58,941 nt of DNA from Minisyncoccota bacterium (GTDB taxonomy: Bacteria > Patescibacteriota > Minisyncoccia > 2-02-FULL-40-12 > GWA2-44-9). The first letter of the stretch is position 1. Each line of letters opens with the position of its first letter. This document shows, one piece after another, positions 33,817 to 41,857 of the stretch. The notes below the pieces were generated by a model that worked only from the letters and a program-made list of their open reading frames with translations, made no database searches and was not told the origin of the DNA. The stretch covers positions 1 to 58,941 of the forward strand of contig DASPGX010000015.1 of assembly GCA_035620375.1 (NCBI GenBank). Direction: 5' to 3'. The position numbers and the translations under genes were made by a program.

Positions 33817-36078
33817 GTGAATGAGTGGGTTCTGGCACTGTGCGCCGCCGTATCTGCGGCAGCGGTCGTGGCATTGCTCCCCTATACCGTCGGCAAGGCC
33901 CTTGCGGCAGCCGTCCGGTTCCGGGACGCGTTCGTCGCCGCGGTGCGGTGGTCCTTCACCGGCATCCGCCGTACTTGCGTGACGGTCGCGTCACTGACGG
34001 CCGTCCTGTCGGCGCTTGCGCTGAACATCTTCCTGTTCGGCAGCCGCGCGGACCTGCCGGACATCGGTTCCATCATCAACTTCCGGCCGCCGCAAATCGG
34101 CTATTTCTACGACGGCAAGGGCATCGTCGCCATGCGGATGGCGACCTCGTACCGCGAACCGGTTCCCTTCGAACGGGTGCCGGACGTCGTGCGTCAGGCC
34201 ATCATCGCTGCCGAGGATCGGAGATTCTACGACCACTACGGCGTGGACTTCAGGGCGTGGCCGCGCGTCATCTGGCGCAACGCCACCGGGCAGTCGCGCC
34301 AGGGTGGCTCCACGGTCACGCAGCAGCTGGAGCGGAACATGTTCCAGGAGGAAGCGCTCCGCGCCGAGCGGGGCGACGAGCTGGTGACCGACAACGTCCT
34401 GACCCGCCTCCTGGCGCGCCATAAGGGCATCCCGTGGACGAACCGCCACGTGCGCAAGGTGTTTGAGGTGCGCTATGCGCTTCATCTGGAGCGCGGGCTG
34501 ACCGAGCACTTCCTGCAGGACGAGGCGGCGGACGGCTGGTGGGATTACCTTACCGACGGACCGAGACGCCGGGCGCGCAAGCGGGCAAAGGACCACATCT
34601 TCGCCTGCTACGCGAATCTCGTGTACCTCGGCCACGGCGTGTACGGCGTCTCGTACGCATCACGGTTCTATTTCGGCAAGCCGCTGGAGGAACTGCAGGC
34701 GCATGAGGCGGCACTGCTGGCAAGCTTCATTCCGTATCCCGGACCGTACGCGAGCCTGGACCGTTCCGCGGAGAACATGGTGTACAAGAAGCTCCGGCGG
34801 GACGAGGTTCTGCGCCGCATGGCCAACAACGGGTACCTGACCGAGGACGAACGGTGGTACCAGAGCATCCAGCCGCTCGTGTTGCCCTCTCCGGAAGGCG
34901 GGGGCAAGACACCTGCGCCGGCGGCCATCAATATGGCCCTGAACGAGGTGAAAGGCCTGGGCATCCCCCACGACCTCATCGTCAACGGGTTCGCCCATCC
35001 GCACATGACGGTGGACCTGGCGGTTCAGTCGGCGGTGAACCGCGCCGCCGAGGCCGGACGGGAGAATTTCGCCAAGCGCTGGCCCAAACACGAGGTTCCC
35101 CAGATGGCGGTCGTCGTCCTGCGCAACAGCGACGCCGCGGTGCTGGGCATCTACGGCGGACACTACGACGACACGGTGAACAACTATTCGCTGTACAACC
35201 GTGCACTGACCGCGCTCCGCCAGCCCGGCTCCACGTTCAAGGCCGTGGACGCGCTGGCATTCGCGGCCGAAGGCGTCGGCCCGGACGACCTGCTGCTGGA
35301 CGCACCGTTCCCCGTGTCGCGGGGACGCGGACGCGGCACGCACTGGATATCCAACTACGACAATGAGTTCCGCGGTCTGATGCCCCTGCGCGAGGTCATC
35401 GCGCAGTCACGGAATGCGCCGACCATACGCATGGCGCGGCAAATCGGCATCCCGAAGGTCGTCGCGGCCGCCCGTCTTCTGGGCATCACGTCCCCCATGG
35501 ATGCGTATCCGACAACCGCACTGGGCTCCAATTCCCTGACGCCGCTGGAACTGACGAACGCATACCGCGCCATCGCCTCGGGCGTGTCGGCGACGCCGTA
35601 CATCGTCACGAGAGTGACGGATGAGACCGGCGCGGTGCTCGTGGAGCATACGCCGGAAACGGCGGCGCTCCCGGTCAGCCCGGAGGCGCTGTTCCGGACG
35701 CGGGTGCTCCTGCGGGGAACGGTCAGGCTGCCGCGCGGCACGAGCCGTTCGCTGGACTCCAGTTCGTTCGGGATTCCGCTGGCGTGCAAAACCGGGACGA
35801 CCAACGACCACCGCGATGCGTGGCACATCTGCTTCAACGATGACATCACGGTGGGCACCTGGGTCGGCTATGACAGCAATATCCCGTTGCCGAGCAACGA
35901 GCCGGGGGGAAGCGCCACCGGCGCGACCGCGGCCCTGCCCGTGAACCGCGAAGTGTTCCTGGGCGTGTACGGGGAGAATTCCCCGCTCGGATTCCCGCCG
36001 CGGTTCCCCCGCGCGGTGGAACAGGATATCGACGATTACCTCATCGCGGCCTACCCCGAGAGGTATGGCGTGAAATAG
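33817..36078 (+). CDS. Penicillin-binding protein 1A family (glycosyltransferase 51 + transpeptidase)
   Basis: AAEDRRFYDHYG, GGSTVTQQL (GT51). STFK, SRN, KTGTT (transpeptidase). N-terminal TM anchor. Confidence 0.9.
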   Translation: MNEWVLALCAAVSAAAVVALLPYTVGKALAAAVRFRDAFVAAVRWSFTGIRRTCVTVASLTAVLSALALNIFLFGSRADLPDIGSIINFRPPQIGYFYDGKGIVAMRMATSYREPVPFERVPDVVRQAIIAAEDRRFYDHYGVDFRAWPRVIWRNATGQSRQGGSTVTQQLERNMFQEEALRAERGDELVTDNVLTRLLARHKGIPWTNRHVRKVFEVRYALHLERGLTEHFLQDEAADGWWDYLTDGPRRRARKRAKDHIFACYANLVYLGHGVYGVSYASRFYFGKPLEELQAHEAALLASFIPYPGPYASLDRSAENMVYKKLRRDEVLRRMANNGYLTEDERWYQSIQPLVLPSPEGGGKTPAPAAINMALNEVKGLGIPHDLIVNGFAHPHMTVDLAVQSAVNRAAEAGRENFAKRWPKHEVPQMAVVVLRNSDAAVLGIYGGHYDDTVNNYSLYNRALTALRQPGSTFKAVDALAFAAEGVGPDDLLLDAPFPVSRGRGRGTHWISNYDNEFRGLMPLREVIAQSRNAPTIRMARQIGIPKVVAAARLLGITSPMDAYPTTALGSNSLTPLELTNAYRAIASGVSATPYIVTRVTDETGAVLVEHTPETAALPVSPEALFRTRVLLRGTVRLPRGTSRSLDSSSFGIPLACKTGTTNDHRDAWHICFNDDITVGTWVGYDSNIPLPSNEPGGSATGATAALPVNREVFLGVYGENSPLGFPPRFPRAVEQDIDDYLIAAYPERYGVK

Positions 36079-36098
36079 TTTTCCGCGGCCCCGACCAA

Positions 36099-36121
36099 GT
36101 GTCGGGGCCGTTTTCCTTGTA
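36099..36121 (+). terminator. Intrinsic terminator after PBP1A gene
   Basis: GGCCCCGAC-CAAGU-GUCGGGGCC followed by GUUUUCC. Confidence 0.65.
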
Positions 36122-36124
36122 CTG

Positions 36125-36290
36125 GAACAGGCCCCCGCAGTGGGGGCTGTTCTCTTTGAGCGGGATGCGGGAATCCCTACGCATCATGCCTCGCCGCCGC
36201 TCGGCATGTGCTTCGGCCGGGGCTCGCGGTTCCCGCCTGCCGGCGAGAACATCGCTCCGCCCTTCGATTCCCGCGAGTATCGGTGTAAGA
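36125..36290 (-). repeat. Duplicate of tRNA-Gly 3' end plus downstream hairpin (36125-36175), and the 115-nt structured insert separating it from the tRNA-proximal copy
   Basis: The 51-nt direct repeat 36125-36175 vs 36291-36341 is 49/51 identical by hand alignment. The insert is closed by the 9-bp inverted repeat GCGGGAATC (36167-36175) / GATTCCCGC (36266-36274). Confidence 0.6.
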
Positions 36291-36324
36291 GAACAGGCCC
36301 CAGCAGTGGGGCCTGTTCTCTTTG

Positions 36325-36395
36325 AGCGGGATGCGGGAATCGAACCCGCGCTTCGACCTTGGAAGGGTCGCGTCATACCATTAGACCAATCCCGC
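36325..36395 (-). tRNA. tRNA-Gly (anticodon TCC)
   Basis: Acceptor GCGGGAU/AUCCCGC, anticodon stem-loop CGACC-CU-UCC-AA-GGUCG, T arm GCGGG-UUCGAUU-CCCGC. Confidence 0.9.
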
Positions 36396-36466
36396 AAAGC
36401 GCGCCTACTATACCACGTATTTACCGTTGATCCAAAATTAAAGACCCCGCACCCGAAGGTGGGGGG

Positions 36467-36895
36467 TCAGGACAGGTCGCCCGGCTGAAGTTCCACGGTG
36501 ACCGCTATCCTCGGGTCTCCCGGCTCGACCAGGAACTGCACGCGCAGGATACCCGCGTCAACGTCGTCCCATGTGCCGGTGAGCGAACCGGGCCGGGCAT
36601 CCGCCAGCATCCGCAGGCGCCGGAAACGCACTCCCAGCAGCATGGCGCGGCCGAAACCGGTCATCAACACGGCGGCGATGACGACCTGCGTGTACCCGTT
36701 GTCCGGGCCGAGAACCATGGCGATGAACGGCGTCAGCACCATGCTCACGATGACCGACATCATCGCTCCGTCCACCACCTGCTGTATCCGGCTCATCAGC
36801 CAGACGCGGCGCCAGATAGCATTCTGCAGGCCGGCCTCATAGGTGAAGAGGACATGCGCGTAGACGCGGCGCGCAACCGTGACGGTCTGCGTCAC
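36467..36895 (-). CDS. Hypothetical membrane protein (142 aa)
   Basis: GTG start overlapping the upstream stop (GTGA). Two hydrophobic helices. Confidence 0.5.
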   Translation of the reverse strand: MTQTVTVARRVYAHVLFTYEAGLQNAIWRRVWLMSRIQQVVDGAMMSVIVSMVLTPFIAMVLGPDNGYTQVVIAAVLMTGFGRAMLLGVRFRRLRMLADARPGSLTGTWDDVDAGILRVQFLVEPGDPRIAVTVELQPGDLS

Positions 36896-37941
36896 TCACG
36901 AGCCTTTACGCGCTCGGCAGCACGTCCCAACGCCCCGCCGATGACCTCCAGGTTCTCCTGGATGACCTCGCTGCCGAGACGGATTGACCGCTCCATGTCG
37001 CGGCGGTTGAAGTTCTCGAACTGCAGCGGCGGAATGGCGCGGTCCGTGTTCAGGAACACGACCTCGGGGAGGTTCGGTTCCTCCCTGCGGCGCCGCTCGA
37101 ATGCCGCGCGGTCCTTCCGCGCATTCTCGGTCTTGATGATGTTCCACATCCCGTTGAAGTGGTCTCCCCACGTCTTCGGGACGGGATACGAGCCGAGCGC
37201 CTCGGCATAACTGAAGACGAACACGACATCCGCGTCTTCCAGTTCCCCGATGGGAAAGTTCGTCCTTACCTCCGCGTCCGTGAAAACGCGGCTGCCGACC
37301 CGCCGGAGCGGGAAATGGACGGGAACGGTCGCCGAGGCGAGCAGGATGTTCACCAGCTCCCGGAGCGTGAGCCCGGGCGCATGCGTGCTGAACACCACAT
37401 GCTCGCCCGTCTCGATGTCGGTCGCCGTGATGCGGACCTCGATGTCCGACTTCACAATCGCCTCGAAGTCCATCGTATTCAGGAGCAGGCGCTCCAGGGG
37501 CGAGTTGTCGAAGATGGACTGCGACGTGAAGATGCTCCGCACGACGTAGTAGCCGAGCGCGATGCCGAACAGCGTCTGTCCCGCATGAAGCAGGAAACGC
37601 GCCGGCGGCTTGAGCTCGGGCTCCAGGTGCGACAGCAGCGGAAACGAGAGCGCGCCGGCGGCCAGCAGGCCCGCGACTTTCTTCTCCATCGGCACGGAGA
37701 ATATCTGGCTCGGTTTGAGGTCACGGATGACCTCGTGGACCATCGCGCTGTTGATGGGATTTCCCGGCGCGTGCGCCGTCGCCATGATGGCTCCGGCGGA
37801 ACCGCCGACGATGCGGTACGGCCGCGGAAGGCCGATACCGGGGTCGAACCAGGTTTCCAGGGCGCCCTGATGAGGTGCCAGACGCCTGAACTCACCGGGC
37901 AGAAGAAGCGCTACCTTGGGCTCCTTGATTCCGGAAGACAT
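36892..37941 (-). CDS. Patatin-like phospholipase family protein (divergent)
   Basis: GGSAGA (G-x-S-x-G) nucleophile elbow and a later TDA (D-G/A-like) motif. The Gly-rich oxyanion motif is degenerate. Confidence 0.55.
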   Translation of the reverse strand: MSSGIKEPKVALLLPGEFRRLAPHQGALETWFDPGIGLPRPYRIVGGSAGAIMATAHAPGNPINSAMVHEVIRDLKPSQIFSVPMEKKVAGLLAAGALSFPLLSHLEPELKPPARFLLHAGQTLFGIALGYYVVRSIFTSQSIFDNSPLERLLLNTMDFEAIVKSDIEVRITATDIETGEHVVFSTHAPGLTLRELVNILLASATVPVHFPLRRVGSRVFTDAEVRTNFPIGELEDADVVFVFSYAEALGSYPVPKTWGDHFNGMWNIIKTENARKDRAAFERRRREEPNLPEVVFLNTDRAIPPLQFENFNRRDMERSIRLGSEVIQENLEVIGGALGRAAERVKARE

Positions 37942-38056
37942 GCGTGCCTCCTATTGTTCGGGAACCAATGCACTATTATTACATCAATATTTGGCTATGT
38001 CAAAGCGAAAAACCCGCGTGACGCGGGCTTTTCGGCTTGGATCCGGAACCAAGAAC

Positions 38057-38335
38057 CTACTTAACTGCCTCTTTGAGCACCTTCGACGGCGTGAAGCGGA
38101 GCTTCTTGGACGCCGGAATCTGGATAACCTCACCGGTCCGCGGGTTGCGTCCCTCACGGGCCTTACGGTCAGCCACTTTGAAGATACCGAGGCCGGTGAT
38201 GTTGATTTTCTCCCCCTTGCGCAAGAGGTTGGTCAACAGCTCCACGAAGGATTCCAGGTATTCTCCTGCATCCTTCTTGGACAGGCCGGTCTTCTCGGCA
38301 ACCATCTGGATGAGCTGGGTTTTCTTTACAGTCAC
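38057..38335 (-). CDS. hup: HU-family DNA-binding protein
   Basis: KTQLIQMVAEKTGLSKKDA...GFGIFKV-like GLGIFKVADRKAREGRNPRTGEVIQIPASKKLRFTPSK. GTG start. Confidence 0.92.
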   Translation of the reverse strand: MTVKKTQLIQMVAEKTGLSKKDAGEYLESFVELLTNLLRKGEKINITGLGIFKVADRKAREGRNPRTGEVIQIPASKKLRFTPSKVLKEAVK

Positions 38336-38372
38336 GACATAACACCCCCTTCCTTACTTTCAAAACCTCCGT

Positions 38373-38515
38373 GTTTGGCCCGGGACGAGTCATTTGTCCC
38401 GTCGGCCAAACCGTACCGGCTTGCCCGATTTCGGCGTTACCGCCTCCGGTCCTCCTTCGCCGTACGTCAGTACGACTCAGTTCGGTCCTCGGCGTTGCCT
38501 TGAACTCGGCCAAGC
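38373..38515 (-). ncRNA. Copy F of the structured small-RNA family, directly upstream of hup on the same strand
   Basis: P1 GCUUGGCCGA/UCGGGCAAGC (one mismatch), GUUCAAGGC, GAGGACCGAACUGAG, CGUAC-UGAC-GUACG, GAAGGAGGACCGGAGG, GUAACGCCGAAAUCGGG, then a long hairpin at 38373-38411. Confidence 0.5.
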
Positions 38516-38639
38516 ACGAAGGTTTTGCTTTATGAATTATCCGCAGAATTACTAGCGTTTTCTACGGACAAAATAAAGTATTGGCGTTTTATGCGGGTAT
38601 TTCAAGGCCGATGTGGAAAACCCCTTTGTTTACGCCATA

Positions 38640-38670
38640 TTTTAACGGCTCACCCCATGAGCCGTTAAAA
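38640..38670. repeat. Conserved palindrome H3 (TTTTAACGGCTCA-CCCCA-TGAGCCGTTAAAA)
   Basis: Lies in the AT-rich divergent spacer between copies F and B. Arms identical to H1, H2, H4 and H5. Confidence 0.75.
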
Positions 38671-38692
38671 TCCCCCTTGGTGCTCCTATATT
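38664..38692 (+). promoter_or_regulatory. Promoter candidate for RNA copy B, with -35 inside the palindrome arm
   Basis: GTTAAA-N17-TATATT. The predicted start, ~7 nt downstream, coincides with the first base of the copy-B closing helix (38699). Confidence 0.4.
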
Positions 38693-38698
38693 TCCGTG

Positions 38699-38814
38699 GA
38701 CCGCCGTATTCGGATGGGATTCAAGGCATCGGCGAGGACCGAACCGAGCCGTACTGACGTACGGTAAGGGAGGACCGGAGCCGATAACGCAGAAGACCGC
38801 CGGATACGGCGGTC
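38699..38814 (+). ncRNA. Copy B of the structured small-RNA family, tail-to-tail with rny
   Basis: P1 GACCGCCGUAUUCGG/CCGGAUACGGCGGUC (15 bp, one G-U). AUUCAAGGC, GAGGACCGAACCGAG, CCGUAC-UGAC-GUACGG, AAGGGAGGACCGGAG, AUAACGCAGAA. The 3' arm can alternatively form the local hairpin GACCGCCG-GAUA-CGGCGGUC. Confidence 0.5.
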
Positions 38815-38868
38815 CCTGAGCGGAGCGCGAGCCGCGCACGCGCTCTCGCGCGTGCGAGCGCTCCGCGG

Positions 38869-40386
38869 CTACCGAGCAAACTCTATAGCACGGGTTTCGC
38901 GAATGACGTTGACCTTAATCTCCCCCGGATACTGCATCTCCGCCTCCACCTTGCCCGCGATATCACGGGCAAGCTGCAGCGCGGCGAGGTCGTCAATCTT
39001 GGCAGGCGTGACAAACACGCGCAATTCACGGCCGGCCTGGATGGCGTAGGACTTCTCCACGCCCTCAAAGGAGCCGGCGATGCGTTCCAGGTCCTCCAGT
39101 CGCTTGAGGTAAATCTCCACGGTGTCGCGCCGGGCTCCCGGACGGGCCGCGGAGATGGCGTCGGCCGCCTGCACGATGCGGCTCTCCAGCGTGGAATACG
39201 GGAATTCTTCGTGATGGCTTTCCATCGCCCGGATGACCCGCTCGTCCATGCCGAATTTCGCCAGAATCTTGCGGCCGATTTCCACGTGCGTACCCTGCAC
39301 CTCGTGGTCCACCGCCTTGCCGATGTCGTGGAACAGTGCGCCCTTCTTGGCGATTGCGACATCGGCTCCCAGTTCGCCCGCGAGCATGCCCGCGACATGG
39401 GCCATCTCGATGGAGTGCAGGAGCACGTTCTGCCCGAAACTCGTCCGGTACGCGAGACGGCCGAGGAGGTAGACGAGTTTGGGGTCCACCATGCCCACGC
39501 CGCACTCAAGGAGCGCCGCCTCTCCGGCCTCCTTAATCTTTCCGTTGATGTCCTCGCGCGCCTTTTCCACCGCCTCCTCGATTTTCGCCGGATGGATGCG
39601 TCCGTCAGCCACCAGCTGATCGATGGCGAGCTTTGCAATCTGCCTGCGTACGGGGTCAAAACCGCTGACCACGAGCGTTCCGGGCGTGTCGTCGATGATG
39701 ATATCCACGCCGGTCAGCCGTTCGATGGTTTTGATGTTCCGCCCTTCCTTGCCGATAATCTTCCCTTTCAGGTCGTCCGACGGGATGTTCACGATGGTCG
39801 TCGTCGCATCGGCGATATGCGAACCCGCGTAGCGCTGGACCGCCATGGTGAAAATCTCGCGCGCCTTGCGGTCGATTTCCTCCCGGTTTCCGGTCTCCAG
39901 CTTCTTCAGGTGCCGGTAGAGATCCTCGCGGTATTCCTCCTGCACCTTCGCGAAAATCTGCTCCTTGGCCTCATCCCGCGACAGGCCGCCAATTTTCTCC
40001 AGGGCATCCAGCTGGCGGTGCCGGATGTCGCCCAATTCGGTGCGGACGGTCTCGGCCTCCTGCATTTTGGACGACAACGACTCCTTTTCCTTTCCAAGCT
40101 CCTTCTCCTTTTCGCCGAGGTCAGACTCCTTCTTCCCCAGAAGGTTTTCTATGCGGTCCAGCTGCTTGCGTCGCTCATTCTCCTCCTTCTTCGCCTCATC
40201 AAGCACTTTCAGCGCCTTGTTGTTCGCCTCCAGGACGATTTCCTGGGCTTTAGCCTTGGAATCGCTCAACAGGCCCTGTGCGCGGGCCTCCGCTTCAGCG
40301 ACCTTCTTGCCGGCCGCGAACTTACGTACGAAGAATCCTACGAGAAACCCGACGACGACTGCGGGAACGATGAACGTAATGGGCAT
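38869..40386 (-). CDS. rny: Ribonuclease Y
   Basis: N-terminal TM, coiled coil, KH domain (GKIIGKEGRNIKTIERLTGVDIIIDD), HD domain (HDIGKAVDHE). Confidence 0.92.
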   Translation of the reverse strand: MPITFIVPAVVVGFLVGFFVRKFAAGKKVAEAEARAQGLLSDSKAKAQEIVLEANNKALKVLDEAKKEENERRKQLDRIENLLGKKESDLGEKEKELGKEKESLSSKMQEAETVRTELGDIRHRQLDALEKIGGLSRDEAKEQIFAKVQEEYREDLYRHLKKLETGNREEIDRKAREIFTMAVQRYAGSHIADATTTIVNIPSDDLKGKIIGKEGRNIKTIERLTGVDIIIDDTPGTLVVSGFDPVRRQIAKLAIDQLVADGRIHPAKIEEAVEKAREDINGKIKEAGEAALLECGVGMVDPKLVYLLGRLAYRTSFGQNVLLHSIEMAHVAGMLAGELGADVAIAKKGALFHDIGKAVDHEVQGTHVEIGRKILAKFGMDERVIRAMESHHEEFPYSTLESRIVQAADAISAARPGARRDTVEIYLKRLEDLERIAGSFEGVEKSYAIQAGRELRVFVTPAKIDDLAALQLARDIAGKVEAEMQYPGEIKVNVIRETRAIEFAR

Positions 40387-40566
40387 ATGATGCCGAAAGC
40401 GCCCGAGCCAGAACGCCGTGACTCACGGTTCCGTTTGTGTTCAAGAGTTTCATGCCTGAGAGCGGCTCTACGCGGGCGCAGGTTAATACAAAATTCAATG
40501 CCCCATCATACCACCTACATTTGCGTCTGTCTATACGTACGCATGGAGCCACGCATAACGCCTCCC

Positions 40567-40718
40567 GCTTGCCCGAGTTCAAGGCGCAAGCGAGCACCGG
40601 AGCGAGCCGTACTCAATGTACGGTAAGCGAGGAGCACAGCGGCAACGCAGAAATCGGGCAAGCCCATGCGGCAGAAAAACGGAAACCCCGCCCTTTTTCT
40701 GGCGGGGCCGTTTTTCTG
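40567..40718 (+). ncRNA. Copy C of the structured small-RNA family, tail-to-tail with mnmA
   Basis: Perfect P1 GCUUGCCCGA/UCGGGCAAGC. GUUCAAGGC, GAGCACCGGAGCGAG, CCGUAC-UCAAU-GUACGG, GCGAGGAGCACAGCGG, CAACGCAGAAAUCGGG. Bidirectional terminator 40672-40718 (CAGAAAAACGG..CCCCGCC-loop-GGCGGGG..CCGUUUUUCUG). Confidence 0.55.
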
Positions 40719-40726
40719 CGGGAGCG

Positions 40727-41782
40727 TTATACCAGGATGCCGCCGCCGATGACACACCCGTTCCGGTACACGACGGCCGACTGCCCCGCCGCGACGGCAC
40801 GCACGGGCCTGAGGAACCGGATTATGCCGCGCGAGGAGATAACCGCGGGACGCGCGGGAGAACGGTAGCGGACGGCCACGGAAACCCGCTCGCGGGGTCC
40901 GGGCTTACCCGCGAACCAGCGTGTTCCCGTAATCCGCGCCCGGCTGCACGCAAGATCCTCCGCCGGACCGACAATGAGCTCATTGCGCCGGATATCCTTA
41001 CCGGTCACGTACCACGGCCCGGTACCCCCGGGAAGTCCGAGGCCATGACGCTGGCCGACGGTGTAGTATGAAACGCCGTCATGGCCGCCGAGGACGGTAC
41101 CCTCGCGGTCCCTGATGAGGCCGCGCCGCGAACGGATGCGCCGCGCAAGAAACGACTTGAAGTCCATTTCACCCACGAAACATACTCCCTGGCTGTCCTT
41201 TTTGCCGGCAACGGGGAGGTTGCGCTTTTTCGCATACCCGCGGACCTCGGATTTGAGCATTCCCCCGACGGGAAACAGCACTCGCTCAAGCGCAGCCTGC
41301 GGTACACCCCACAGAAAATACGTCTGGTCCTTGTTCCGGTCCTTCGCCCTGGCAAGCACGGCCTTCCGGCTCCCACCCGCGGACCGGATGCGCCGGATGC
41401 GCGCATAGTGCCCCGTGGCGATGGCATCCGCGCCGCCGGCGAGCGCACGCCGGAGAAACAGGCCGAACTTGATGTGCCGGTTGCACTCCACGTCCGGATT
41501 CGGCGTGATTCCGGCACGGTAGCCCGCAACCATGGGACGGGCCACCTTCGCCCCGTACGCCGAAGAAAAATCCCAGGTCAGCAGCGGGATGCCGAGCGCG
41601 GTTGCGACCCTGAGCGCGTCCGTCCGGTCCTGATGCCACTGACAGGCGACGCCCGCGGGCTGCCACGGCTTCATGAAAACGCCGACGACGCGAAAACCCC
41701 GCTCCGTGAGCAGGGCGGCCGCGGCGGACGAATCAACGCCGCCGGACATCGCGACATAGACGGTTTTCCGGCGCGCATTCAT
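40727..41782 (-). CDS. mnmA: tRNA 2-thiouridine(34) synthase MnmA
   Basis: PP-loop VAMSGGVDSS, catalytic Cys context. Typical length. Confidence 0.92.
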   Translation of the reverse strand: MNARRKTVYVAMSGGVDSSAAAALLTERGFRVVGVFMKPWQPAGVACQWHQDRTDALRVATALGIPLLTWDFSSAYGAKVARPMVAGYRAGITPNPDVECNRHIKFGLFLRRALAGGADAIATGHYARIRRIRSAGGSRKAVLARAKDRNKDQTYFLWGVPQAALERVLFPVGGMLKSEVRGYAKKRNLPVAGKKDSQGVCFVGEMDFKSFLARRIRSRRGLIRDREGTVLGGHDGVSYYTVGQRHGLGLPGGTGPWYVTGKDIRRNELIVGPAEDLACSRARITGTRWFAGKPGPRERVSVAVRYRSPARPAVISSRGIIRFLRPVRAVAAGQSAVVYRNGCVIGGGILV

Positions 41783-41857
41783 GGTACGATTATGCCAGAA
41801 AATCCGCCTCTACGCAATTGCTTGCAACGCGGCGAAGTTCCGATACGATGCCGGTAT

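Noticed and set aside
38746-38765. Group II intron domain V: GAGCCGUAC...GUACGGU resembles the DV strands GAGCCGUAU...UACGGUUC.
   Set aside because: The hairpin has only 6 bp, with no AGC-bulge-GNRA architecture. There are no intron boundary motifs and no IEP/reverse transcriptase ORF.
38699-38814. The six-copy RNA family as SRP (4.5S) RNA or 5S rRNA. Copy E contains GGACCGGAAGGAGCAAC, which recalls the SRP GGAA-tetraloop region. CCGAAC recalls 5S loop C.
   Set aside because: The SRP-like string is present in one copy only and does not fold into helix 8. Helices II-V and the loop E motifs of 5S are absent. Six divergent copies with inserted modules are not expected for either RNA.
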